From an uncultured Chloroflexia bacterium (lineage in GTDB: Bacteria > Chloroflexota > Limnocylindria > Limnocylindrales > CSP1-4): 64,000 nt of DNA. Within the stretch, counting starts at the first letter, position 1; each line of letters begins with the position of its first letter. Under the pieces are notes generated by a model, which had not been told where the DNA came from, did not search any database, and saw only the letters and a program-made list of their open reading frames with translations. Below are positions 1-12,130 of this stretch, piece after piece. The stretch is taken from contig CAWHCW010000002.1 in NCBI GenBank assembly GCA_963827965.1, positions 141,694 through 205,693 of the forward strand. Reading direction: 5' to 3'. The position numbers were made by a program, and so were the translations under genes.

Positions 1-756
<756 letters not shown>

Positions 757-917
757 TCAACCGTGCAGGTCGATCAGGCGCCCAGGACCCCGTCCTCCAC
801 GCGGCGGGGCCGCCGGCGCATACACATCAGCCAGGCGACGGTCGTGATCTGCATCGTCGGCGGAGTGTGCCCGATCCCGGTGGGGAATGCAAACAGCCGT
901 CCGGGCGGGCGCGCCGA

Positions 918-1686
918 TCAGGCGAGGTCGGCCAGCACCTGGTGCAGATGGGCGAGGCGGTCGGGGGTGAGGCCGCGCTGGGCCGGCAGGGCCGCCAGCC
1001 AGGCCGGCACGTCGTCGGGGGCGACCACCGAGCAGGCCTCGGTCCGGCCGACGTCGGCCGGGTCGCCCAGCACGACGGCCTGCACGCGGACCACGAAGTC
1101 GCGCTCCTGCGCCTCGAGGTGACCACGGAGCCGCTCCGCGTCCCGGACGGCCCGCTGGAGCGGGTTCTCGATCGGGCGCCAGGTGCGGTCGGCGAAGCGG
1201 ACCTCCCATCGCTCGCCGGTGCGGCGGGCGGCGGCGGCAGGCGGGAGCGCCTCGAAGATCGCGATGCCGTGCGGCCCGACCACGACGTCGGGGATGCGCC
1301 GCCCGTCGGGAAGGCGGAGGCGGGCGATCACCGTGCAGCCCTCGGGGAGCAGCCGCGCGCGTCGGGCGACCGGAGGCGTCGCCCTGCCGCGCCGCGCGCG
1401 CGTGCCCGACTGCTCCGCTCAGCCGCGCGATCCCCACCACGGCGAAGGCGGCCGGCGCCGTGAGCGCCACGGCGAGCGCCGCCGCTCCCATCACCGGCGC
1501 CGCGGGACCGCTCGCTCCGAGGTCCAGCAGGCGCGACAGGAGCGGCGTGGCGAAGACGAGCCAGGCGGCCACCCCGGCGATGCCCAGCCAGGCTGTGCCG
1601 ACGACCGCAGGCGCGGCGGCGGACACGAGCCCGGAGGCGGGCTGCCGGGCGCGCGATCGCGCCGGGACGCGCATCGGTATCTGCAT
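918..1686 (-). CDS. NERD (nuclease-related domain) protein with N-terminal transmembrane segment; one frameshift near 1340-1420
   Basis: The N-terminal frame gives MQIPMRV..AVVGTAWLGIAGVAAWLVFATPLL..AAALAVALTAPAAFAVVGIA (TM). ORF 918-1331 gives RRIPDVVVGPHGIAIFE..RFADRTWRPIENPLQRAV, which is typical NERD. Confidence 0.6.
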
Positions 1687-1923
1687 CGTCTGATCGTGGG
1701 GCCGCCGCGGGCCGCGGGCAAATGGGCATATTGGGCCGGGGATCGTGACCCTACGGGGCGTTGCCCTGGAGCACCGGCCCGCTGAGCCGGCTCGCGGAAG
1801 GCCCCGCAGGTCATGGCCCGGGAGGACCCCCGTACCATTGAGGATGCCTCGCCCGCGCGCGATGCTCGGCCGGTCGAACGGGTGCGCCCCTGCGCCCGAC
1901 CCGCTCCGAGGAATCGCAGCGCC

Positions 1924-3322
1924 TTGAAGGTCCGCGGCCGCTCTCACCTCGCCCTGCCAGTCCTGCTGCCGGCGCTGCTCGCGTGGTTGCTCCTCGCCGT
2001 CGCGCCGGTTGCCGCCGCACCGGTCACCCTGTCGAGCCCGGCGATCACTCCGACCAGCGGAACCACCGACACGCTCGTCACCTTCGCGGTCACCTACCGG
2101 AACGCCAAGGCCGACCTTCCCGACTCCGTGCGGGTGGCCATCGGGAGCACGATCCAGCCGATGACCGCGATCGGCGGCACGCCGAAACAGGGCCTGCGGT
2201 TCGCGGTCGCGCTGCGGCTTCCCGCCGGATCGCACTCGATCACGTTCACGGCGCTCTCCCAGGGCCGGACGACGACCCTGGACGCCGGCTCGATCACGAT
2301 CACGGTCGCCCCGACGCCTCCGCCGACCCCGGTCCCGACCCCGCGGCCAACGCCGGTCCCCACCCCGGCCCCGACGCCGAAGCCGACCCCGGTCCCGACC
2401 CCGAGGCCAACACCCGCAAGCCGACCCCGAGCCAACACCCGCTCCCACGCCGAAGCCGACGCCCGCCCCGACCCCGAAGCCCACCCCGCTCCCACGCCGG
2501 AACCGGTGCGTCCCGCCGTCTCTCCAACGCCGTTGCCAACATCGAGCCCCGCAGCCGTGGTCATCCCGGGCGGCGGGAATCCCACGGCCCGGCCGTCGGC
2601 CGCCGCCCCCGGATCCACCCCGCGGCCGAGCGCAATCCCGGGCGTCGGTCGTCGGCCCTGCGCAGGGTGGACCGGGCGACGGTTCCCCGGACGACCCCGC
2701 CGTCGCCGGTCCGTTCGGCAATGACGGCATGTCCCGCCTCATCATCCCGGCGGCCATCGTCTCGACCGGCGTCACCCTCCTGGCCGCCTTCCTCCTGTTC
2801 GGGCGGCGGCGACGCACCGGCGAGCCGCGGGAGCTCGAGCTCGCGACCGCTGCGGCCATGGCCTACGGCGACGTCGTGGCGGTCCCGCCCGCGGCCTCCG
2901 TCGACCCCGGGACCGGCGGCACCGACGTCGACCTCCCGCGCTGGCGCCGGCCGTCGCTCCTCGCCGCGCGCAAGTCGGACCCGGCGCGGAGCGCCGGATC
3001 CGAGCCCACCGGGAACCTCGCCTTCGCCGGGCCGGCGGCCGACGCGGGCGTGGAGCGGCGGACGGTGCGCTACCGGATCGTTCGCCTCCTGGATCGGCCG
3101 GACGAGATGACCGGGAGCACCGTGGGGTCGCTCGACGAGGGCGACCAGGTGGCCGTGGTCGAGCAGAGCGGTCTCTATCGGCGCGTCGAGACCCCCGACG
3201 GGCGCACCGGCTGGATCCACAAGATGACGCTCGGCGACATCGTGGTCGCGCCCCCGGGACACGATGCCGAGATCGACCCCGACGTCCTGATGGCCTACCT
3301 CGCGGCGCGCGGTCGCGGCTGA
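1924..3322 (+). CDS. Single-pass membrane protein: signal peptide, Ig-like region, Pro/Thr-rich linker, TM helix, C-terminal SH3-like domain; at least 3 frameshifts; start uncertain (TTG 1924?)
   Basis: KVRGRSHLALPVLLPALLAWLLLAVAPVAAAP signal. PTPxPTP repeats. The frame of 2729-3322 is open upstream (GGPGDGSPDDPAVAGPFGNDGMSRLIIPAAIVSTGVTLLAAFLLFGRRRR). The tail VRYRIVRLLDRPDEMTGSTVGSLDEGDQVAVVEQSGLYRRVETPDGRTGWIHKMTL is SH3b-like. Confidence 0.55.
2313..2500 (+). repeat. Degenerate tandem Pro/Thr-coding repeat (PTPxPTP) inside the membrane protein gene
   Basis: ccgacgcc/ccgaccccggtcccgacc units repeat. The PT reading frame switches twice inside the repeat (EPTPAPTPKPTPAPTPKPTPLP is in another frame). 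Confidence 0.7.
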
Positions 3323-4247
3323 CGGCCCGAGCGCCGGCCGCCTTCGGGCTCGCGGCGCAGGATCATGACGTGCTGGTGGGTGATGTTGGGGACGAAGGCG
3401 CGCGGGTAGCCGTACGGGCGGAGCCGCGTGCCCGCCTGGTACCAGATCAGGTCCCCCTTCGGCACGAAGCCGACCCGCTGAGGCCCGGGCGGCGAGGTCG
3501 GCGCCCGTGAAGCGGTAGACCCCGTCGACGTAGGCGTCGCGGACGATGACCGCGGCGTAGCGGCCTGGCCGGAGCACCCTCACCAGCTCCCCGAAGACCC
3601 GCCTCCATCGCGTCGAGGTAGGCGTCGTGCGTCGCGGCGTTTGCCAGGTCGGCCGGGTCGTCGGAGACCATCGCGTAGTCCGTCCGGCGATTGGCGTGCG
3701 CCCTGGCCAGGCGGCCACCGGCCATCGTGAGGGGGAGCTGGACGGTGTAGGGCGGGTCCGTGGCGACGAAGTCGACGCTCGCGTCGGCGACCGCCGGGAG
3801 GAGCGCCAGCGCATCGCCCAACCGCATCTCGCAGCCGCCGGGATCGAAGCCGCGGGGCCCGCCCGGGTCGGCGCTGCCCAGGTCGGCGAGGAGCGGCCCC
3901 GCACCGTCACGCTCCGCGGCGAGCGCCGCCGCGACCTCCGCGTAGACGGCGACCCAGGCCGGGTTGATCTCGAGACCGATGGCCCGCCGCGGGCCGTGCG
4001 CGATGGCTGCCCCCAGGAGCGTGCCGCCGACCCCCGCGAAGGGGTCCAGCACGAGCTCGCCCGTCTTCGTGAAGAACTCGATGAGCCTGGCCATCAGGCG
4101 CGGCGGCTTGTTCGCGCCGTGCCGCTTCCGCGCCGCGTGCCCCAGCTCGGAAGGGTAGGCGGTCACCAGGAGCGACTTGGTGAAGTAGAGCCACTCCTCG
4201 CCGGTGAGCTCGTTGAGCTGGTTGGCGGGGTGGAGGTCGCGCGCCAT
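3295..4247 (-). CDS. DNA methyltransferase (N6/N4 amino-MTase family, DPPY motif) with permuted motif order; two frameshifts (about 3600 and 3470)
   Basis: HGANKPPRLMARLIEFFTKTGELVLDPFAGVGGTLLGAAIAHGPRRAIGLEINP (AdoMet motif) precedes VDFVATDPPYTV. VFGELVRVLRPGRYAAVIVRD and PKGDLIWYQAGTRLRPYGYPRAFVPNITHQHVMILRR follow in other frames. Confidence 0.7.
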
Positions 4248-4309
4248 GGGCGGGAGTATGCCCGACGGGCCCTCGGCGATCGTTCCCGCTGCCGGGCGGC
4301 GCCCGTAGA

Positions 4310-7300
4310 ATGGCCGGCATGACGGCAGGTGGCGCGGCGCCAGCGGCGTTCGTCGGGCGCGAGCGCGAGCTCGGGGCCATCCTGGACTCGGCCGCCGCCG
4401 GAGCGTCCGGGCGCTCGGCCACGGTCCTCCTCGAGGGATCGTCCGGCATGGGCGCGTCGCGGCTCATCGACGAGGCCCTCCGCCGGATCGCCGACCCGGC
4501 CAACGGTCCCGGCCGACCCGTCTCGATCATCCGCGCCGACAGCCTTCCCGCCTGGAGGGGCGCCCCCTACGCGCCGTTCAGGACTGCCGTGGATCGGTTC
4601 CTCGACGGACGCCCGATCGACCAGACCCTCGCGCTCCTCGATCCCGGTGCCGAGATCCTGCTGCCCCTCCTGCCCCGAACCGCCGGCCGGCTGGGGGGGA
4701 CGGATCGTCGATGGGCGACCCGCGAGCGCCTCGCCGACCGGATCCTGGAGGCCTTCCGGGGCGTCATCGGGAGGGCCTCCGAGCGGGGGCCCGTCATCCT
4801 CGTCCTGGAGGATCTCCACGTCCTCGACGCCGCGTCGCGGTCCCTGCTGGCCTTCCTGTCGCGCACGCTCGGCGATCGGCCGGTGACCATCATCGGGTCC
4901 TATCAGCCCGAGGCACTGGGGCCGGGCCATCCACTCCGGGCGACGCTCGAGGCCATCGACGGGGGTCCCCGTCCGAGCCGCCGGATCGCCCTTCCCCCGC
5001 TGGACCGAGCGGACCTGCGCCTGCTGATCACCAGCCACGAGGGCGTCGCCCCGTCCGCCCCCGTCCTCCTCCTGGTCGCGGAGCGCTCCGGCGGCAGCCC
5101 GCTGCTCGCCGAGGAGGTCCTGGTCGCCCGCCGCGAGCTCTCGGGCGCCTCGCTCACCGTGCCGCTGGGGCAGATGGTCGTGGCCAGGGCGGCACGGCGG
5201 ACGCCCGAGTGTCGCCGCGTCCTGCGCATCCTCGCCGTTGCGGACGGGCCGCTGGCGCCCTCCGAGCTGGGAGCGGTCGCCGCGGCGTATGACGCGGAGA
5301 TCGGGCGCCCGGCTCCGCGCTCCAGCACGACGCCCCGGCGCGCCGGTGACGGCCTGGACGGCGACCTCGCAGCCGGGGTCGCGGAAGCCGTGGCCCACGG
5401 CTTCGCGGAGCTGGCGCTCCCGTGGGCCGGCCCGCGGGACCCGTCGGGGCGCCGGCCCGTCGACGGGTCGACGGGGAACGAGCCTCACGCCCTGCGCATT
5501 CGAAACGAGCTCATCGCGGCGGCCCTCGCCGCGGACCTCCTGCCCGGCGCGCGCCGCCGCTTGCACGCGGCGCTGGGTGCGGTGCTCGCCGACCACCCGG
5601 CCGAGGCGAGCTGCCATTGGCACACCGCACACGAGGCACGCCAGGAGCTTGCCTGCACCCTCATCGCGGCCGCGGAGGCGGAGGAGATCGGGGCGGCCGC
5701 CGACGCCCTGGTCCACCTCGAGCGGGCGATCGAGCTCGCCGGGGCGCCGGTCACCGCCGGGGCGATCTCGGCCGCCGGGGAGGTCGAGCTCCTTGGCCGG
5801 GCCGCGGACGCGGCCGCCGCCTCGGGCGATGCCGGCCGCGCCGAGGCCTTCATCGAGGCGGCGATCGCCCGCCATGCCGATCGCACCGACCGCACCGTCC
5901 GGGCCGACCTCACCGCCCGGCTCGGGTTCTACCGCCTCGCCGGCGGCGACCGCGACGGGGCGGTGATTGCCTTCCAGCGGGCGTTGGAGCTCCTGTCGCC
6001 GGCGCCCGGCGCCGCCCGGGCCCGGCTGCTCGCGACGTTCGCCCAGGTGCGCATGCTGGAAGGCGCGTTCTCCGAGGCGACCCACCTGGCCGAGGACGCG
6101 ATCGCCGCCACGGCGGGGGCCGGGCCCGGCTGCCCGGGCCTGGCTCGGCCACGCGACCTGCACCCTGGGCGTGGTCGACGGGTGGCTCGGCCGGATGAGC
6201 GCCGCGATCGCCCGCCTCGAGGCGGCGCTGGGAATCGCCCTCGAGCTGGGCTGCCTTGACGACGCGTTCCGGGCGCGGGCCAACCTGGCCACGATCCTGG
6301 ACCTCGACGGCCGACGCGTCGCGGCGGTCGAGGTCACCTCGGAGGGCATCTCCGCTGCCACGGCGGCCGGCCTGGAGGTGGCCCACGGGAACCTCCTGCG
6401 CGGCAACGCGGCGGACTTCCTGGTCAGCCTCGGACGGTGGAGGGAGGCCCGGGACATGGCGCGCCGTGCCCTCGAGTGGGCCCCGTCCGGTGTGCCCCTC
6501 GTGAACGCGGCGCTCCGGCTTGCCTTCGTCGAGACCGAGACGGCCGGCGAGGAGGAGGCCGCCCGCCTGCTCGGGCGGCTCTTCCTCGAGCTCGAGACGA
6601 TTCCCGACGTCCAGTACGCGGCGCCCACCTACGAGGTCGCGGCATCCCTGGCGCTGTGGCGAGGCGATCTCAGCGACGCCGAGCGGGCCGCCCGTGCTGC
6701 CTGGGAGCGCATCCGCGAGACGGAGGACTGGCCGCTGGCGGCCCGCTCCGCCACGACGGTCCTGCGCGTTGCCGCCGCCGAGGTGCGGGCGGCGGGCCAG
6801 CGGAACGACCTCGCGGCGATCTCGACGGCGCGCGCCTGGGCGTCCCGCGTGCTCGCGGATGCCGAGCGGATGGTGGCGAAGGCCGACGTTCCCGACGATG
6901 CCCACGTTCGGAGGGGCGCCGCGGCCGACCTGGCCACGGGCAGGGCGTACCTCCGATCGCTGCGCGGCGGCGACGACCCGGCGTCGTGGTCGGCGGCGGC
7001 CGATCTCTGGGACGCGATCGAGCAGCCGTACGACGTCGCCCGGGCCCGCTTCCACGAGGCGGAGGCCATCCTCGGCGCGGCGCCGTCCGGCGGCACCCGC
7101 CGCGACGGGCGCCTGGACGCCCGCGCACCCCTCCTCGAATCGGCGTCGATCGCCGTGGCGCTCGGCGCCATCCCGCTCCTGCGCGCACTCGTCGACCTCG
7201 CCGAGCGGGCCAGGATCGAGCTTCCCGCTGCTGCCCTCGAGCTCGCGGCGTCACGGCCCGCGCCGCCCCCCGACGAGCCGCGCCCCGCGGCGCCATGGCA

Positions 7301-7610
7301 GGGTGTCGAGCGCGGACAATCCGCCGCCGCCCCATCGACCTTCGGTCTCAGTCCGCGCGAGGAGGGCGTCCTCGCCGAGATCGTGGCGGGTCGCACCAAC
7401 CGGGAGATCGGGGAGCGCCTGTTCATCAGCGAGAAGACCGTCGGCGTTCACGTCGGGAACATCCTGGCGAAGCTCGGCGTGGGCGGACGCGTCGAGGCGG
7501 CCACGGTCGCGCTTCGCCTCGGCCTCGTCGATGACCGGCTCGAGCGCACGAAGAAGCCCGGACCAACAGGTCCGGGCTTCAGGGGCCGGCGGCGCGGCGG
7601 CGCCGCCTGA
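4310..7610 (+). CDS. LAL/MalT-type large ATP-binding LuxR-family regulator; one frameshift near 6125
   Basis: N-terminus FVGRERELGAILD..ATVLLEGSSGMGASRL (P-loop) and ILVLEDLHVLD (Walker B). Long helical repeat region. C-terminal LSPREEGVLAEIVAGRTNREIGERLFISEKTVGVHVGNILAKLGV HTH. Confidence 0.8.
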
Positions 7611-7651
7611 GCCTCGGCCGCGGGGAGGGTCCGCGACCGCAGGCCGGAGGT

Positions 7652-7747
7652 CTACCAGCGCGACCCGTAGGCCGGCAGGAAGACGAAGCCGAAGAACGCC
7701 AGGGTGATCGAGAGGCCGAAGAGGCGGGCCTTGAGATCCTGCTTCAT
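7652..7747 (-). CDS. Possible 31-aa hydrophobic peptide (unknown family)
   Basis: MKQDLKARLFGLSITLAFFGFVFLPAYGSRW, with GGAG 6 nt upstream of ATG 7745-7747. There is no homology support. Confidence 0.3.
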   Translation of the reverse strand: MKQDLKARLFGLSITLAFFGFVFLPAYGSRW

Positions 7748-8098
7748 GTTGTGTCTCCGAGGCGCTATTGCCGGGATGATGCCGGTGGGGAGGTGGGCGG
7801 CCCTCTCGCGCCACTCGAGGGTCGCCGCTCTCGGCGCGTGCCCCGAAGGTACGGTGGGGCGCCGATGCCGGGAAATGGGACGTTCGTACCGGGGGGTCCC
7901 GGTTTCCTGGTACTTTTGGGCTAGGGACGGTTCCCAGGTGGTGCCCGGCGACACCGGACTGGGCCCGGGAGAGGGCAAGGCCGGTCCGCCACAGCCCGGT
8001 CGCCAGGCGCCGCCCCCGAGCCGGCCGTTCACGCCCGCGGCCCACGCGGCGAACCCATCCTCGGCCGGGCGTTCGTGGCGGGACCCGGTCACCCGCGC

Positions 8099-8104
8099 TA
8101 CAAT
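8099..8104 (+). promoter_or_regulatory. Candidate -10 box (TACAAT) for tRNA-Pro
   Basis: TACAAT lies 30 nt upstream of the tRNA 5' end. The -35 is weak. Confidence 0.3.
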
Positions 8105-8134
8105 CCACCGGCTCTGTTCAACGAGCACCTCGGT

Positions 8135-8211
<77 letters not shown>

Positions 8212-8445
8212 TTCCTGTTGCGTCGTGGTCTTCGGCGCGCACGCGGGCACCTCCCTGGTGCCCCCAGCGAACGGCCGCGCCGCCGGGTGGACCCGACCCC
8301 ACGTGCCGCGCTGATCGTCCTCCGCGCCGCTTATCTGCGACTTATCGCCGATCCACCGCGGGTGTCCGAAGGGTTCATGCGTCGAGGCTCGAGCTGGTTG
8401 GAGCGTTTCGGCAGTGACTGCGCGACCGCGCCGAGACCGCTTCGA

Positions 8446-9666
8446 CTAGATCGGCTCGACCGAGCGGAGGGGCACGACAGCTGGCCGGGTCTGGCCGTGC
8501 CGCGCGTGCTGGGCCCCGACCACCGCGGCGATCCCCGGGAGGCGAATTGCGGCTGCGGCCACCAGGGCCGATACCCCGACGCCGAGGGCGACATTGATGA
8601 CGAGCTTCGTCGAGGTGTCGAATGGCGAGGCGACGACGAGGGCCGAGATCGCGATCACGATGGGGAAATGGAGGACGTAGGTCGGCATCGAGGTCGCCCC
8701 TGCGAGACGGGGCAGGGGGCGTTTCATGAGCCCGCTGCGCATGCCTGCGCCGAGCAGCGCGAGCGCCGATGAGCAGTTGGCCGTGCGAGCAGGCTGACGA
8801 CGAGGACGTAGGTCGCGTCGTAGCGGCGCGCGCCGCCGGCGAAGACCACTGGCATGAAGCCGGTCACGGCGGCATCGCCTGCCAGGGCGACGCCCGTGGC
8901 CACGATCGCCGGCGCCAGGTCTCGCCGGACCGCGGCGACCAGGCGATCGTCGCTGAAGATCACGAACCCGAGCACGAACATCGCGCCGTACATGGCGAAC
9001 GATGCCCAGTCGTAGGGCGCGGTCGCGGAGGACACCGCGAAGAAGGGCAGCGTCACGAGCGTGATCGGGACCGCGAACAGGAGGGTGTCGCCGGGTTCCT
9101 GCTCCAGCTCGCGAGCGTGTCGATCAACGACGTGCCGCGCGCCGTCGAGAGGAACGCGAAGGCCGGCGACCCGACGGCGAAGAGGAACAGCCAGCCGAGG
9201 AACCACAGGTGCATGCTCGCCTGGAAGAGCAACGGCGAGAGGCCGAAACGTTCTTGACGTTGTAGTCGACGACGAGGCCGGGGTAGGCGACGAGGTACGC
9301 GAGGAACGATTTGGGAGCGGATCCCGCGTGGAGCGCGATGATGTAGCCCGTCAGTGGCGTCAACACGATCGTTCCGACGACGAACGGGACGAGCAATCGC
9401 GCGGCTCGTTCAGCGAGGAAGGCGCGCACCGTCCTCGTCCGCAGGGCCAGGCGGGCGCTCGCGCCGGCGAGCACGAAGAAGACCGGGAAGGCGAAGCCCA
9501 GCAACGCGGTCGCCAGCCCGAGGAAGCCGATGCGCTCCGGGTTCTGCACATGCCAGGGCCCGAAGCTGCCGAACGGCAGCACGGCGTGGAAGGCCACGAC
9601 CCGCCAGCACGGCGAAGCATCGCAGCCAGTCGACGAAGTGGACCCGCGTTCCGGCCATGGCGCTCA
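8446..9666 (-). CDS. Acyltransferase family 3 integral membrane protein; at least 3 frameshifts
   Basis: MSAMAGTRVHFVDWLRCFAVLA / VAFHAVLPFGSFGPWHV..FPVFFVLAGASARLAL, then hydrophobic segments in three frames, ending at ORF 8446-8742 (YVLHFPIVIAISALV). Confidence 0.7.
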
Positions 9667-9681
9667 TCGCACGCGGATCGG

Positions 9682-9905
9682 CGGCGTGCCGTCTCCTCGG
9701 CGGCAAGGACGCGGCGCAGGACCTTGCCTGTGAAGGCGAGGGGCAGCTGCGCCCGGAACTCGACTGCCTTCGGGACTTGTACGGCGCCAGCCTGGCGCGG
9801 AGGAACTCCAGCAACTCGTCGGGCTCGGCCCGCTCGCCGCAGCGCAGGACCACGAACGCCTTGGCACGCTGGTCCGGGCCGCAGGCTGGAACGCCGATGC
9901 GACGG
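9682..9905 (-). pseudogene. 3' remnant of an AMP-dependent acyl-CoA synthetase/ligase
   Basis: KAFVVLRCGERAEPDELLEFLRARLAPYKVPKAVEFRAQLPLAFTGKVLRRVL (ligase C-terminus) with no N-terminal body. It is fused directly to leader motif copy A. Confidence 0.6.
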
Positions 9906-9930
9906 CCAGTTCTCGGGGAGAAGGCTGCGG

Positions 9931-9981
9931 GTCAACCGGCACGGCGCACATCCACCGAAGGGTGAATGTGGCGGTTGATTC
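9931..9981 (-). promoter_or_regulatory. Recurrent leader motif, copy A (GAATCAACC..GGATGTGCGCCGTGCCGGTTGAC)
   Basis: Minus strand reads GAATCAACCGCCACATTCACCCTTCGGTGGATGTGCGCCGTGCCGGTTGAC. The inner 10-bp stem CACATTCACC/GGTGGATGTG is perfect. Confidence 0.6.
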
Positions 9982-9991
9982 GGGCGGTGAT

Positions 9992-12130
9992 TCAGTCGAG
10001 CAGGTGCAGCTCGCGGCCGCGAACGATCGCCTGGACGCGGTTCCCCGAGCCGAGCTTGCCGCAGATCGAATGGACGTGCGCCTTGACGGTGCCGACCGTG
10101 ACGAACAGCTCGGCCGCGATCTGCGTGTTGGAGCGACCCGCGGCAACGAGCCGCAGCACCTCGAGCTCGCGGGGCGAGATGACTTCGACGAACGGGAAGT
10201 CAGCGCGCCGAGCTGCGGCGCGTCCGGGACCGCTTGATGCCGAAGCGGAGAGCCGTTCGAGGAGCGCGCGAGCGTCGCGGAGGACGATGCCATCGCCGCT
10301 GTCGTGGGCGAGCCCGACGGCGCGGTCGCCGTACGCCAGCGCCTGAGCATGCTCGCCGAGCGCGGCCAGGGCCTCGGCCCGCGCCAGGTGGAGAGCGGCC
10401 GCTGCGGCGGACTGGGGGCCTTCCTCGGGTTGCATGAGCGAGTCGCAGAGTGCGAGCGCGCGGGCAGGATCGCCGCGGCGGAGCTCGATCCGGACGAGGT
10501 CGCGACCGCCGTGTCCGTAGCCCAGCATGTTGCCCACCCGCTGGAGAAGCGGAAGAGCGTCGCCGAACGCCGCTGCCGCGGCCTCGTCGTCGCCGGCCAG
10601 CTGATGTCCCCGCGCGAGCATGTACGTCGCGTCTCCACGACTCAGCGCCTCAATTCCGGGCCCCGCGGCCGTCGGCACCAGCTCGAGCGCCGCGCGCGCG
10701 TGGGCGACAACGGCTTCCGCGTCCTCCCGCAGCTCGAAGAGCTTCGCCTCGACCAGCTCGAGCTGGAACGGGACGAGGAGGCGATCGACTGGCTCGACGA
10801 GACTCGCGAATTCGAGCGCGGCACGTGCGTCCGCGATGTGCGCCTCGACGCCTTCGGTCTCGCCACGGAGCACCCGGCCGAAGGCATACGTGACGGACAG
10901 CTGGGCGTCCTCCCGGACGGTGCCGGGCGGAAGCGCGTCGAGCCAGTGCTGGACCGTCCAGAGATCGCCTCGATGCAGCACCTCCATCCAATGCTGCCGC
11001 AGCAGCCTCCGCGCGCGAGCCACGTCCGTTCCGCGGAGGGCGTGCTCGATCGCTTCGCCGAACAGACCCGCAGCCTCGTACCAGTCGGCGGCCAGCGCGT
11101 GGAGGACACACGGGAGCTGCGGGTTGCGCGCCGCCAGGCGAGCCCGCAGGAGGTCGGCGAACAGGTGGTGATAGCGATACCACCGTCGCTCCTCGTCGAG
11201 CGGAAAGAGAAGCATGTTCATACGCTCGAGTCGAGCGAGCATCGCGGCGCCGTCGTCGCGACCGGTCAGGGCATCGCAGAGCGGCCCCGTCAGCCGATCG
11301 AGGATCGCTGTCCGCAGCAGGAATTCCTGCGTTTCCTCGGCCTCGCTCGCGAGCACCTCCTCGACGACGAAGTCGAGCAAGAACCAATTCGACCCGCTGA
11401 ACTCGCGCACCGCGGGCCCCGGGTCCGCGCGGCTGCGCAGAGAAACGGCGGCGAGCTGCAGGACTGCGGCCCAGCCCTCCGTGCGCTTGACGAGCTCGTC
11501 GACGAGATCGGCACGGAGGTCGAGGCCCATGGACCCCGTCAGGAACGAGGCCGCTTCGTCCCGCGTGAAGCGGAGCGCGTCTGCCCGGATCTCGAGGAGC
11601 TCGCCCCGCGCGCGCAGTCGGGCCACCGCGAGCGGCGGATCGGCGCGAGTGGCAATCGCAAGGCTGCCGTTCGGCGGCAGGCGATCGATGAGCGTCGCGA
11701 CGATCGCGTGCACCTGGGGTGACTCGATGAGGTGGTAGTCGTCCATGACGAGCATGGCGGGGTCGGGCCGGCAGCCGTACGCGGCCAGGAGATCGGCGAC
11801 GACGATCTCGGGATCGGGTGCTGCGGCATCCGATGTCGCGGCCGTGCTCCCGCTGCCATCCTGGAGCGAACGGCCGGCTTCTCGGAGGTAGCGCATGAAG
11901 CGGCTCGGATCGTTGTCCGCGGAATCGAGAGACAGCCAGGCGAAGCGCCGCCGAGTTCCGAGGAGCCAGTGCCCGAGCAGCGCGCTCTTTCCGAATCCGG
12001 CGGGTGCCGAGACGAGGACGAGACGGGCTTCCGGCGCGTTCTCGAGCAGGGCGTGGAGCCGCTCGCGACTGACATACCGGACGCCGCGAGACTGCAACCC
12101 AAGCTTGGTCGTCAGCAGAGCCTCTGTCAT
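9992..12130 (-). CDS. LAL/MalT-type LuxR-family regulator, apparently intact
   Basis: MTEALLTTKLGLQSRGVRYVSRERLHALL..LVLVSAPAGFGKSALL (P-loop)..MLVMDDYHLI..C-terminal ISPRELEVLRLVAAGRSNTQIAAELFVTVGTVKAHVHSICGKLG. The ORF extends to 12226, but the MalT-like N-terminus fits ATG 12128-12130. Confidence 0.85.
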   Translation of the reverse strand: MTEALLTTKLGLQSRGVRYVSRERLHALLENAPEARLVLVSAPAGFGKSALLGHWLLGTRRRFAWLSLDSADNDPSRFMRYLREAGRSLQDGSGSTAATSDAAAPDPEIVVADLLAAYGCRPDPAMLVMDDYHLIESPQVHAIVATLIDRLPPNGSLAIATRADPPLAVARLRARGELLEIRADALRFTRDEAASFLTGSMGLDLRADLVDELVKRTEGWAAVLQLAAVSLRSRADPGPAVREFSGSNWFLLDFVVEEVLASEAEETQEFLLRTAILDRLTGPLCDALTGRDDGAAMLARLERMNMLLFPLDEERRWYRYHHLFADLLRARLAARNPQLPCVLHALAADWYEAAGLFGEAIEHALRGTDVARARRLLRQHWMEVLHRGDLWTVQHWLDALPPGTVREDAQLSVTYAFGRVLRGETEGVEAHIADARAALEFASLVEPVDRLLVPFQLELVEAKLFELREDAEAVVAHARAALELVPTAAGPGIEALSRGDATYMLARGHQLAGDDEAAAAAFGDALPLLQRVGNMLGYGHGGRDLVRIELRRGDPARALALCDSLMQPEEGPQSAAAAALHLARAEALAALGEHAQALAYGDRAVGLAHDSGDGIVLRDARALLERLSASASSGPGRAAARRADFPFVEVISPRELEVLRLVAAGRSNTQIAAELFVTVGTVKAHVHSICGKLGSGNRVQAIVRGRELHLLD

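Noticed and set aside
757-2859. 700-aa ORF on the minus strand
   Set aside because: The translation is dominated by Arg/Pro/Gly/Ala runs, typical of out-of-frame or antisense reading in GC-rich DNA, and it overlaps better-supported genes. Only the stretch around 1420-1686 (the TM N-terminus of the NERD protein) looks real.
918-4247. NERD protein plus methyltransferase as a restriction-modification or defence system
   Set aside because: The genes are separated by an unrelated membrane protein gene. NERD here is TM-anchored with no ATPase or helicase partner, and no endonuclease motif was seen next to the methyltransferase.
4163-6628. 821-aa ORF antisense to the LAL/LuxR regulator
   Set aside because: It has Arg/Pro-rich low-complexity translation and no recognisable motifs. 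The sense strand carries clear P-loop and HTH motifs.
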